Assembly (NCBI GenBank): GCA_028534125.1
Contig: CM052832.1
Coordinates: 17,300,001-17,364,000, forward strand
Direction of reading: 5' to 3'
Length of the DNA stretch: 64,000 nucleotides
DNA from: Lama glama
Taxonomy: Eukaryota
Made by a program: the position numbers and the translations under genes. Of the stretch, positions 1 to 12,015 are shown in pieces (within the stretch, counting starts at the first letter, position 1; every line of letters starts with the position of its first letter). The notes beneath the pieces are model-generated. The model saw only the letters and a program-made list of their open reading frames with translations. It was not told where the DNA came from and made no database searches.

Positions 1-1980
1 TGGTATTCTATTAAACATTAAAGAAGAAATAATACCAATGCTAAATAAACTCTTACAGAAATTAGAGGAGAAAGGAACATTTCCCAAGTCATGTAATGAA
101 GCCAGCATTAAGTTGATACAGAAACTAGACAAAGACATCACAAGAAAAGAAAAATACTGCTTAATATCACTCAAGATTATAGACAAAAAACTCTAACAAA
201 AAAAAAGTGATTAGCAAATGAAATCCAGAATGACTCTAAAAGGATAATAAATTATGATCAAGGGATTTTTCCCCCCAGGAGGCAAAGTTAGTTTAACCTA
301 TGAAAATTAACTAGTGAAATTCACCATATTAACAGAATAAAGAAGAAAAGCAATTAAATCACCTCAAGAAATGCTGGGAAAGCGTTGGACAAAATTTTAC
401 ACCCTTTCATGATAAACACCCTCAGCAAACCACAAAGAGAATGAAACTTCCCAAACCTGATGGAAGACACCAATTAAAAACCAGCTAATATTATACTCCT
501 TGGTAAAAGACAATACTTTCCACTTAAGACAGAGAATAAGGCAATGATTTCACCTCCCAGTTTTCCCATTCAACATTAACCTTGAAATCATAGCCAGTGC
601 AACAGAGTAGATAGCGATACAATAGGAATAACAGGTGGAGAGGTAGAAATAAAAGGTTTTATTTGTAAATGACATGATTGTGCACTCAGAAAATCCTAAG
701 AAATCTATTAAAAGTCTACCAGAAATAAAATATGCATTAGCACGGTCACAGGGTACAAGGGCAATATACAAAAATCAATTGTATTTCTATGCCATTTACA
801 ATGGCACTCAAAAACGTTAAATACTTAGGGATGAATTTAGCAAAATATATACAAGATCAGTGCTCTGAGAGAAATTAAAAAGATGTAAATAAATGGAAAT
901 ACATATATGGAGATATATACCGTATTCCTGACTCAGAAGACTCCATAATGGTCTATAAATTCAATGCAATCACAATCAAAATGCCAATCACACTTTTCTG
1001 TAGAAACAATACATTATATTTCATTAAAGTTACAAAAGTGTTCTTTTAAAAATACTATTAGAAAATAAAAAGTATACTACAAGATAGAAGAAAGTATTTA
1101 TAAAACATTTACCTAACAAAGGACTTAAGTCAAGAATATATAAATAACACTTAAAACTCAATAATAAGGTGAATGACCCAATAAAAATGGGTAAAATACT
1201 TGAACAGAAACTTCACAATATAAGCACACAAAAAGATAGTCAACATCATAGTTCTCAAGGAAATGCAAATTAAAACCACAATGAGATATAACTAATAAAC
1301 CCACTTGAAAGACTGAAAGCATAAAGATTGACAATACCAAGTGTTGTAGAAAATGTGGGCAATTGGATCTCTCATACACTGTCCTTTAGAGTGAAAATGG
1401 TATAGCTACTTTGAAAACATTTTGACAGTTTCTAATAAAGGTAAACATATACTTAGTTTATGATTCATCAATCCCACTGCTAGGCATTTACCTAAGTTAA
1501 ATGAAAACACTTGATCACACAAACAATGTATATCAATTTTTATAACAGTATTATTCATAATAGCCAAAAAGTAAATAATTCCAAAAGCCCATTATCAGAT
1601 AAATGGATATACTGTGCCATATTCATTCAGTGGAATTCTAACCAGCAATTAAAAGGAGGGATGCATGTATAAATTTCAAAAAATATCATGCTAAGTGAAA
1701 GAAACCAAACTCAAAGATTACACACTGTATGATTACATTTACATGAAATTCTTTTTTATTTAAAAAAGGCAAAACTATTATGACAAAATGAATGGTTGCT
1801 TGAGGCTGTGGGTAAAGAGAGAACTAACTGCAAAAGAACAGAGTTCCTTGAGGAGCGATGGAAATGTTCTATATCTCGATTTTGGTGATAATTATACAAT
1901 TGCACATTTGTAAAAATTCATTGAACTGTACATTTTAAATGGATGGATTTTATTACATGTAAATTATACTTCAATAGGCC
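1..1980 (+). mobile_element. Old LINE-1 (L1M-type) fragment: decayed ORF2 RT/C-terminal region plus 3' UTR
   Basis: L1 ORF2-like text (AATGAAGCCAGCATTA, TTTGTAAATGACATGATTG at the FADDMI motif, CAAAAATCAATTGTATTTCTAT, GAAATGCAAATTAAAACCACAATGAGATA) and an L1M-type 3' end; no open frame. Confidence 0.85.
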
Positions 1981-4042
1981 TGGAAAAAGAGGGAGCCATT
2001 TATATGTTGAAAGGCTAGTGTGCTTCATGTAGAATTCCAAATGGTAAGTTTTCCTTGGAGGTAGGAGAAGTCCATGTTTTGACATTTTGTAAAGTTTGTG
2101 TGATATGCGAAGTGATCCCGTCCTGTGGCCCCAATTATTTAGGAAAAATTCTACTATATAATGAGACTTGGTTGGGAGATGGATTCAAAGACATGAGACT
2201 GTACCATATATTAAGTGTTCATGTCTAGTGAAAGATAAAGAAGATGAAGAGAAGGGAAGACAAATTCCCTAGAGAGTCAGTCCAAGCAAGGAGACCAAGT
2301 AATGGTAATACACTCAGATATTTAGGAAAAATCCTGGAGATTTTTTTTTCTTAGTTTAATAAGCCATTCAATAATATCTAGGTTAATTACATCTAGATCT
2401 TAAAAGAGGTGAAAAACTACTACTAATATCTGGATTAGAGCTACGAAAGTGATGAGTTTCCAAGATATTACTTTAAAATAATTGTCCTTGGAACACTATC
2501 CCTGCTGTATAAGCTGACTAGCTTCAATTGAACAAATCTTCAACTTTGAAGTAGGATATGCAAAGTGGATTTATTTCACATGGTGATGGTGGGGATATAT
2601 GTAATAAATCACTTACTCAAATGACAAGAAAATATATTACTTTAATTGGAAAAATATCATACATAAGTTTATTTTTACAATATCCTTACTCATGATAAAT
2701 ATTCATATTAAATTAAGTTTAAAAATCAAAATAAACTAACATGTACCAATCAATGATTTTTATCGATAATTTGTTCAGGTAATTTAGTAAAACATCCATT
2801 ACATGAATCAAGTTTTCAGAGCCTAGTACTATCTGCTTCAGAGATTAGATGCTGTCACTCTACTTGACCTAATTTTTCCCAGTACACAAATTCTCACTAA
2901 TTGGCAGTCCATCAATCACAATCTCAGAAGTTATCTCCACTATCTATATACCTCTAACTATCTTGAAAAAGTAGAGGGAGAAGAGAAACCACATCCACTG
3001 TATTAACTGACAGCTATGATTTATCAGTCTTACTCTCTATCCCTAGGAGTGGCAACTTAAAGATTATGGGCCAACTTTCCATTCTACATTAAAAACTAAT
3101 ACTATTCAGCAAAGACTAATGATGTTTAAAAAGAAAACTGTTAAGGTATCTTAAATGATATATTTTTCATTAACTAAGCCAACTAAAAATTAAACACATA
3201 TTCTGTTTTGTTTGGTTTTATTTCATTTAATAGCATTAACTTCCTGCAGAAATTACCAATTGGTATTTATTTTCAAGATTTTGGGCCAAACTTCTTGTTT
3301 TGTTTTAGATTTTTAAAAGTTACCTTATTATTAGCATTGTGCCCAGTGAAAATTAAGTCATGCATAGATACTTCCTTTTCTATCTTAACACTTTCATATC
3401 TGCCACTGGAGAATGAGTTCTCTTCAGGCAAAAAAAGTGTTTTATTCATCTATGCTGCCAAGAACCCCACAATCTAGGAGAGATCTAGCTAATTAATTGA
3501 ATGAATGAATGAGATGAATAAAGGGGTGAATGAATAAACAATTTTGAATAGGTAATTCTTTATACTGTTCAATGTAACAAGTGTATATATAGACCAATTA
3601 GATACAGCACTCATATAATTTAGTATCTTGGGGAAAAAAATGTGTTTCAGTCAAAGAATTCTTATGTATCTTCTTACCATTTAGGTAAATTTAATGCCTC
3701 TCAACCACCAAAAACTTTTAGTCTGTCTTTGCTATACTGTCCCTCTATTTCTGTAGACACTAATGTTCAATCCATAAAAATTAGCATATTAATTTTAAAA
3801 CACAGTTGCTAATTTTTATGGACACTAAGTACAGAATAATTAAAGGTTAAAGTGGTACAAGTCAAAAAAGTTTTCTCTAGATAATATTTCAGAATGAACC
3901 AATAAAAAGAACAACACATTTGGGATAGAATGTTTCTTCTATGCTTGGTTGGCTTTAGACCAAAATTAAGTCTCAAAGGAGCAGAGGAATTCTCCAAGAT
4001 AGATAAGACTCTCTGAACAAAAACTACCAGACAGGTAATCTG

Positions 4043-4981
4043 TCACATCTCTCTATCCCACCCTATTAATCTCTTTACTGCCCCTTTTACATCTTTGTTT
4101 CTGAGGGTGTAGATTAGAGGGTTGAGGCTAGGTGTAACAACAGTATAAAACAGGGCAATGAACTTGCCTTGATCTTGAGACTTTCCTGATGGTGGCTGGA
4201 GATATATGCACATCACTGGAATGAAAAAGAGGGATACAACCATAAGATGGGCTCCACATGTGCCAAAGACTTTCTGAAGTCCAGTTGTTGACTGCATCCT
4301 CAGCACAGCCTGGGCAATGGCACCATAGGAGCTGAGAATGAGCATAAGTGGTACGATCACAAAAATGGAACTCATGACCATGAGGGTCAGCTCATTGGTA
4401 CGGATATCAACACATGACAGTCGCAGCAGTGCTGGAACTTCACAGAAGAAATGGTCCACTTGGCGATGTCCACACAGGGGTACCCAGAAGGTAAACGAGG
4501 AATGAAGTGCTGAGGTGGTAAAGCCACTCACCCAAGAAGCCGCAGCCAATATATGGCAGAAACGAGGGTGCATGAGGACAGTGTAATGCAAGGGTCTACA
4601 TACAGCTGCATAACGGTCATAGGACATCACCACCAGCAGTACACACTCAGCAGTTCCCAATGCAAGGACAAAATAAAGTTGAATCATGCAAACATTGTAA
4701 GAGATGGTTTTCTCTGGGCCCCAGAGGTTGACCAGCAACTGGGGGATGGAGCTTGTGGTGTAGCAGAGATCCAGAAAAGAGAGGTTTGAAAGGAAAAAGT
4801 ACATGGGAGTGTGAAGATGGGAGTCCAAGTATGACAAGATAATGATGAACAGGTTGCCTACAAGTGTCATCAAGTAGAACGTCAGGATAACCATAAAGAG
4901 AAATAACTCAAGATGAGGCCAATTGGAAAAACCCAGTAGAACAAAGTAACCTTCAGAACTTGCATTGTTTTTCTTCATCAT
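4043..4981 (-). CDS. OR2J3: Olfactory receptor, family 2 subfamily J (OR2J3/OR2J1/OR2J2-like), intact, 312 aa
   Basis: Single-exon ORF with OR motifs [62 protein letters not shown] and an NAS glycosylation site. [15 protein letters not shown] and CIYLQPPSG match recalled human OR2J3 best, but the exact paralogue is uncertain. Upstream acceptor TTCTTTCTTCAG ends at 4998. Confidence 0.9.
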   Translation of the reverse strand: MMKKNNASSEGYFVLLGFSNWPHLELFLFMVILTFYLMTLVGNLFIIILSYLDSHLHTPMYFFLSNLSFLDLCYTTSSIPQLLVNLWGPEKTISYNVCMIQLYFVLALGTAECVLLVVMSYDRYAAVCRPLHYTVLMHPRFCHILAAASWVSGFTTSALHSSFTFWVPLCGHRQVDHFFCEVPALLRLSCVDIRTNELTLMVMSSIFVIVPLMLILSSYGAIAQAVLRMQSTTGLQKVFGTCGAHLMVVSLFFIPVMCIYLQPPSGKSQDQGKFIALFYTVVTPSLNPLIYTLRNKDVKGAVKRLIGWDREM

Positions 4982-5612
4982 TCATTTTTCCCTGTACCTG
5001 AAGAAAGAATCATATAAACTGAAGGATTGCCCACTCATTATCAAAGCCTTGCAAATTGATTGGGGGAAAAAAAAAATCTATGCCACTTCCAAATACTGCC
5101 ATTATGACAGTAGGATTGTTATAGTTTTGTTTTAATGTTTCATTCAGACACTTGTCCTGTTATAGATACAATCAATAATTTGTCAAGTGAATGAGTTCTT
5201 TGATGCATCCCTAAGTTAGTATTTGGATAAATGAAGATTGAAGATATTCCACAGCTAAGAAAATTTTCATTTTAAAAAATCTTTTTAAAAAAAATTGTAT
5301 CCCCTTTTCTGCATTTTCAGGTTATTTCCAATTTTGTCATTACACAGAAAGAAATATTTGAAGTATTAATAATCTTACGTAAAGGTGAGAATTTACCATG
5401 AGTTGAAAAACAATTCAGTAGTAACTTCAAAATTTTAATACTGGGTGAAGAAAATTCAACTTCAATTGAATATGTTTATAGAAAGAAAAAAATATTCATA
5501 CTTGTTTACTTACGCTATGAGCTTATTACCAGACAAAAATAATATGCAAATGCAAGTAGAAACAAAGACACATGCATACACACACATCAATTTATTAATA
5601 TTCACAACAAGC

Positions 5613-5753
5613 TAAGCTGAAGCACAGGTATCTACGCATGATAAGCACAGCAGTGCTGAAACTTCACAGAAGTGGTCCACCGCACAATGTCCACACAAGG
5701 GTACCCAGAAGGTAAAAGAGGAAGTGCTGAGATGGTAAAGCCACTTACCCAAG
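5613..5753 (-). pseudogene. OR2J-like internal fragment (TM4-ECL2) with indels
   Basis: Reads WVSGFTISA, frameshift, [32 protein letters not shown]. Aligns by eye to 4400-4535 with a 4-nt and a 3-nt deletion. Confidence 0.85.
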
Positions 5754-7158
5754 TGATCTTTATGGAAACAAACAAACAAACAAAAAACAGCCAATAGTCT
5801 TGATTAATTGAGAAGTAAAATAGATTCAGCAATTCAGTGATAAAATGCTTGCAAACATAAATGACAATACAACTAAATTTGGAAGACCAAAAAAAAAAAA
5901 ATACAGAGTCGAAGAAAACTGTAAGGAGGGAGTAAGAGAGAAAGGAAGGGTGTTTGGAGCAGGGAGGGGGTCCAATTGTGGCATTTGGAATTGAAAGTGT
6001 GCATATCACAGGGCTAGGAGACCTAGACAACAGGGCTTAAAAATAATTCCCACAAAATTTCATATGCTTTAAAACAATATCTAAGACATTAAATTCTCAA
6101 TCATAACTTATAATTACATCATATGTCTTTAGGATTTCCATACTTTGGAATGGGAAATTCTGAATAGAAAATTTACTAACTTTTAACAAAGACATGCAAA
6201 TATTACATAAAATCCAATGACAAGTTCATCTTGTTCTTTTGTAAAAAATAAAGTTAAGAAATTTAAATGTATACTAATAGTTTGATTTTCAGTTACTCAT
6301 TTTCTCCTGTGCATTATCAATCATTCATAGAATGAATAAACACTTATTTATTATATAGTTATTGCTGCAAGACACAGTAAACCATCATTTAAATATTCCC
6401 ATATAGCTTTGCCTTGCCACTTCTGCTCATCTCACATTCTTATAGAATATGACAAAAGACAGATTCAACCTGCAGTCTTTGGGGAACTTTTATTGGCCCA
6501 AATATTGTAACCTTGACTCTTTAAAAAGCTACAAGAGATGTCTAATTGGTTGAGTTACAAGCTGGAGAGCTAGGAATATTGAATTTGGCTAAGACTGCTT
6601 TAGGCAGGCACAAAGACATCTATATACCATTTAATATTATTGGTAACGTAAATGACTACTAACCTTTTGGGGGATAATGGAAAAATTCCAAGAGATTTAA
6701 TTTCTGTAAAATAAGAGTTAATACATCACAAGATATTTGAATTCAAATGCTGTGGGTACTTTTTCTGATGCAGACATAATTTTCCTCCTTTATAAAGCTG
6801 CCTGAATTTCATGTCATTAGTGAAAAGAAAGTAGCAGTTTTATGGTATATTTTGTATGACCTGTCTTTCAGCACTCTTCTAAAAGTTAAAAAAGGGATGA
6901 AGATAAGGGATGAAAAAAAAAATACAGAATTCAGGAAGAGAAAATTTCAAAGCTTTATGGTTGATTTTCTTCTTAATGGAAAAGAAGGAAATGAAGATCC
7001 TATTAAAGGTAGCTTTTATAAACTGTGGAATAAAATATTTTCTCTCTTCCCTTAAGTCAAACATTATGGGGAAAGCGAATGGCTTAGCACTTTCTTCTCA
7101 CCCCCATTGTTACTAAGAGACATTTTTCTAATTCTTGTCTTATTCACTCCTTTATACT

Positions 7159-7658
7159 NNNNNNNNNNNNNNNNNNNNNNNNNNNNNNNNNNNNNNNNNN
7201 NNNNNNNNNNNNNNNNNNNNNNNNNNNNNNNNNNNNNNNNNNNNNNNNNNNNNNNNNNNNNNNNNNNNNNNNNNNNNNNNNNNNNNNNNNNNNNNNNNNN
7301 NNNNNNNNNNNNNNNNNNNNNNNNNNNNNNNNNNNNNNNNNNNNNNNNNNNNNNNNNNNNNNNNNNNNNNNNNNNNNNNNNNNNNNNNNNNNNNNNNNNN
7401 NNNNNNNNNNNNNNNNNNNNNNNNNNNNNNNNNNNNNNNNNNNNNNNNNNNNNNNNNNNNNNNNNNNNNNNNNNNNNNNNNNNNNNNNNNNNNNNNNNNN
7501 NNNNNNNNNNNNNNNNNNNNNNNNNNNNNNNNNNNNNNNNNNNNNNNNNNNNNNNNNNNNNNNNNNNNNNNNNNNNNNNNNNNNNNNNNNNNNNNNNNNN
7601 NNNNNNNNNNNNNNNNNNNNNNNNNNNNNNNNNNNNNNNNNNNNNNNNNNNNNNNNNN
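7159..7658. other. Assembly gap (exactly 500 N)
   Basis: Run of N; the round length suggests an arbitrary scaffolding spacer. Confidence 0.99.
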
Positions 7659-7725
7659 GGGTTCAATCCCCAGTACCTCCTCCAATTATAAATAAATAAA
7701 CCTAATTACCTCCCCCTCATTTAAA
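7659..7725 (+). mobile_element. 3' part of a camelid-type tRNA-derived SINE cut by the gap
   Basis: GGGTTCAATCCCCAGTACCTCC...AATAAATAAACCTAATTACCTCCCCC, matching the copies at 7778 and 49797. Confidence 0.8.
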
Positions 7726-7734
7726 AAGAGAGAG

Positions 7735-8545
7735 AGGAAAAAAAGCATCCAAATTGGACGAGAAGAAGTAAAACTGAGGGGGGAGGGTATAGCTCAAGTG
7801 GTAGAGCAAATGCTTAGGATGCATGAGGTCCTGGGTTCAAGCCCCACTACCTCTTCTAAGAATAAATAAGTACTAAACAATCCTAATTACCTCCCCCACT
7901 AAAAAATAAATTAATTAAATAAATAAACTTAAAAAAAATAGTAAAACTGTCACTAGTTGCAGATGACATGATACTATATATTAGAAAGTCTCAAGTCTCT
8001 ACCAAAAAAACAGAACTATCAAATGAATTCAGTAAATTTGCAGGATACAAGATTAATATATAAAAATCTGTTGTTTTTCTATACACTAACAACAAACTAT
8101 CAGAGGGAAATTAAGAAACAATCCTATTTACAATAACATAAAAAAGATATAAATACATATATACACAATGGAATACTACTCAGCCATAAGGAAGAATGAA
8201 TTTTGCCAATTGCAGAAACATGGATGCACTTGAAGGGTATTATGCTAAGTGAAATAAGTCAGATAGAGAAAAACAAATAATGTATGATATCATGTATATG
8301 TGGAATCTAAAAAATACAACTAGTGAATATAAGAAAAAGAAGCAAACTCACAGATAAAGAGAATGAACTAGTGGATAGTAATGGTGGAGGTGCAATATTG
8401 GAGTTGGGGAGTGGGAGGTACAAACTACTGAGTGTAAGATAGGCTACAAGGATGCACTGTACAACACAGAGAGTAGAGCCAATATTTTGTAAACACCATA
8501 AATGGAGTGTAACTTTTAAAAATTGTATAAAACTTTTAAAATAAT
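7735..8545 (+). mobile_element. LINE-1 fragment (RT region joined to 3' UTR), interrupted by a SINE
   Basis: GCATCCAAATTGG...GTAAAACTG[SINE]TCACTAGTTGCAGATGACATGATAC, then ATGGAATACTACTCAGCCATAA and a 3' UTR. Confidence 0.85.
7777..7939 (+). mobile_element. Full-length camelid-type tRNA-derived SINE (Vic-1-like) with TSD
   Basis: GGGGAGGGTATAGCTCAAGTGGTAGAGC (A box) ... GGGTTCAAGCCC (B box), AT-rich tail; TSD AGTAAAACTG at 7767-7776 and 7940-7949. Confidence 0.85.
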
Positions 8546-9656
8546 AAAGTTTTAATTGATTTCTACCATATCATATAATGAATTAGTTTTATTACATTTT
8601 ATGTATATATCCTAGATAACATTTATTCAGCATAATATTTAATATACACATCAGGGGTTGTTATAACTGCTGTGTAGTCAACAAACATTGATTGGTCCCT
8701 TTTATATGCTGGACCCTCTTCCAGGCACCAAGGAAGAGCCATTGCAAGCCATTAGAGCATCATCAGGGAATGCCAAGTGCAGCTTTTCCACAGGGCCAAC
8801 AGGTTCTGACCAATTATTATTTGGAAATATTGGGAAACAGAATTCCTAAAAGCACAAGAGAAGATATCAAGACTTGCATGAACAGTATTTCTGAAGAGAG
8901 ACTTATTTGATGTGATTTTTTTTTAAAAGAATAAGTCAAGGAAAAAACTCTAAACACTATTATCAAAAAATTACAATATACCATCTCAGTGGATATACAA
9001 TTATATCATCATTCCTTTCGACTGGCAAGCAGTACTACACTGTACCTACAGATTAACTCTGATTTTGACCAAAACGGTTGGTTGCCTAATTGTAAAATAA
9101 TTCCCTAAATTGCTTTCTTTCTCACTGTGAAGAAAGACATATTCAAGCATACTAATTGCATCCAAATTTATGTTTTTATCTTAGTGAGAACCTTGATAAC
9201 TGATACAGGCAGACTCCCCCCAAATCCCTAAGATTCCATACAAAGTAACCGTATTCTTTATACTATTTTATTGATGATTTTTTAAAAAGCTTTCTTTGAG
9301 TCTCTTGCTCAAGGTTTAACTTCTCAGAGGCCATATCTGACTAGAGATAATCCAAATACCACACTGTCCCACCCTCCAAAGTGCACAATCTGCTTCCCTG
9401 CCTTGTTTTCCTTAGGACTCATCACAATCAAGCTCATTATATTTTATGTTTGTTTGTTCCTGTCTTCCTCAAATAAAAGTAAGCTCTGTGAAGGCAGGAA
9501 TTTTTCTGTTTTATCTATTTTGTTCTTTTCTATATCTCTACTGCGTGTCAAATGTAGATGCTCAGTATTGAGTTGATTCATTCAGTTATAGTGGTAAGCA
9601 AGGGAGATAAGAACAATATTGTTTTGGAGTTTATGTTTTAATTGTGGGAAGATACA

Positions 9657-10020
9657 TATTACAGATTGAATGTTTGTGTCCCCCACCCAAAAAATTCATA
9701 TAATCCTAACCCCCAATGTGATAGTACTAGGAGGTAAGGCCTTTCGGAGGTGATTAGGTGATGAGGTTGAAGCCCTCAATAATGGAACTACTGCACTTAT
9801 AAGAGACCCCAGAGAGCTCTCTCACCCCTTCTGCCCTGTGAGGACACAGCAATAAGACTGCCATCTATGAACCAGGAAAGTGAACCCTCACCAGACAGCA
9901 AATCTGCCAGCACCTTGATCTTGGCATTCCCAGCCTCTATAACAATAAAAAATAAATATTTGTTATTTAAGCAGCCCAGTCACAGCATTTCTGTAATAGC
10001 AGCCCAAACTGACTAATACA
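9657..10020 (+). mobile_element. MaLR solo LTR (MLT1A-like)
   Basis: TGAATGTTTGTGTCCCCC...GGAGGTGATTAGG...GTGAGGACACAGC...CACCTTGATCTTGG...GACTAATACA follows the recalled MLT1A consensus. Confidence 0.85.
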
Positions 10021-10089
10021 TAAAAAAGCAAAATGTAGAGTGACGGCCATTGAGGAAAAAAATACGAAAATGTGAAAGAAAATGACTGG

Positions 10090-10920
10090 AGTGGGGAGTG
10101 TCTTAGTTTAGATTAGGCAGTCAAGGAAGGCCTCACTGAATAGATAATAGCTGAAAAACAAAGTAAAAATAAGGAACTCAACTTGGGGACAGAATATTGC
10201 AGGTAAATGTGGCAATGCAAAAACCCTTTAAATGCTTGCATTCCTGGAGAGACACAGGGGTGAAGAGAACAAGAGAAGGTGGGTAGGATAATAGGGGCCA
10301 GGTCATGGAGCAATTGATAGGTCATGGTAAAGAGTATGAATTGTATTCTAAGTGCATCAGGAGTCTTGGAAGATTTCAAACATGTAAATGAAAAAAAAAA
10401 TTAAGAACATTTTTTGACTGCCACATGGAGAATGCATTGAAGGCGAAGAAAGTTGGAGCAGGGAAACAAGTTAGGAAGCCATTGGATAATGCGGATGACC
10501 AGGGGCAGCGGGGAAAGATAGTTGCTCAGTGTCTTGTAGAAGCAGTAGAAATGGAGAGAAGGGGTAAATTTTGAAATAATTCAGACTTTCAAGGTGAGGT
10601 CAGGGGAGTAATTAAGGATGACTCTTAGGTTTCTGGCCAGCAATAGGTAGATGTTTATACCATTTACTATGATTAGGAAGACTGGGGTGAAAGCACATTT
10701 GGTGCAGTAGGAATCAAGAGTTCTATTTTAGCCATGGTTAGATTCATATTTTTGTTAGATATCCAAAAATGAGTGAAATTAGGCAGCTAGAACTACCAGT
10801 CTGATACTCAATGGAGAAGACTGGAAATATAAATGTGAAAGCCATCAACATGTAGATGGCACTTAAAGCTTCGGAACTATATAACATTATCCAGAGAGAC
10901 AATATAAACAGAGAAGACTA
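10090..10920 (-). mobile_element. LINE-2 fragment
   Basis: Purine-rich L2 antisense text (GTCAAGGAAGGCCTCACTGA, GGATGACTCTTAGGTTTCTGG, GGAATCAAGAGTTCTATTTT). Confidence 0.7.
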
Positions 10921-11789
10921 GAACCCCTGGTAAGAGCATAGGAGTCTCAGACTCTGTATTTCTAAAATTTCCACACATCTCACTTATCCTGAAATGCAGC
11001 CAAATGGAGAGATACTGCTAATAATTTCATTTAAATGGCTCCCATAAGTAAGGGGCTAAAGCAAACAAGGAAAAAAAGGTAAATAAAAAGGGAATAGAAA
11101 AACACATCTTGATTTAGCCAAGGGCATTCAAAAAGACATTATATTGTATGTCTAGGACAAAAACACCTGTTTCACGATCTGGATCTACCCATTCCTGGAA
11201 AATTTTTCAAACGTTAAAGAATCTAGATGATTTCTCTGAATTTTGCCAGAGTAGAAAACCCATGGAATATTATTACAGAATAAGGAGCAAGGGACTAGGG
11301 AGTCACTGTGTGGTAATATAATTAAAGTAGATATATGTACATGAAATTTTATATATGTTTTTATTCTTCATTTTTTAAAACAAAAATTGAATATTTTTAT
11401 GTTGGGACTTACATTGTGATATTGAAATTCAACTTTAAAGAAATCTTTAAAAAAGTAAAGGAGAGCTGTAGAAAACTAAAGGGGAAGAGAAAAAACATGA
11501 GTGAAATTGAGATCTTTAATTAAAGTGAATGTTTTCAAGTATCCGTATGTCTAGAATATTTATAGACAAAAATGTGCCATTGATTGATCCTATATTTCTA
11601 TCACCATTATGAATAATAATATTTATAGAGAATATACATATACACTATATGTATATAGTCCTAAAAGAAGTGGTTGAAAAAGAGAAAGTGTTTACCATGT
11701 TTTGTCAAATACCAGTATGAGCTCTCCCAAGATTGATAAAAATGAATACTTTTACAGCATACAGATCCCAGAATTGACTGAAGGAGTAT

Positions 11790-12015
11790 TAGCTAATACT
11801 TGTTTGACTGCTATGTGTTATCCAATATTATATTTTACATATGTTAAATTTACTTAATCCTTATACTAACCCTTTAAACCATGTACAATTACTATCATTC
11901 TACTACAGATAAGAAATCTGATGCACCAAAAAGTTAAGTAATTTTCCCAAGTTCACACAGCTGATAACTGGAAGCACAGGATTTCAGCCCAGAACGTCTG
12001 GTTCTGTCTACTTTA
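11790..12015 (-). mobile_element. MIR SINE
   Basis: TACAGATAAGAAATCTGA...GTTAAGTAATTTTCCCAAGTTCACACAGCT core; further MIRs near 14880-15050, 23290-23520, 25270-25440 and 44830-45000. Confidence 0.7.

Noticed and set aside
7064..7695. Four ORFs of 177-200 aa
   Set aside because: Artefacts of translating the N gap.
7777..7860. tRNA-like sequence with A and B boxes (also 49797-49875)
   Set aside because: No proper cloverleaf; the AT-rich tail and TSDs show it is a SINE.
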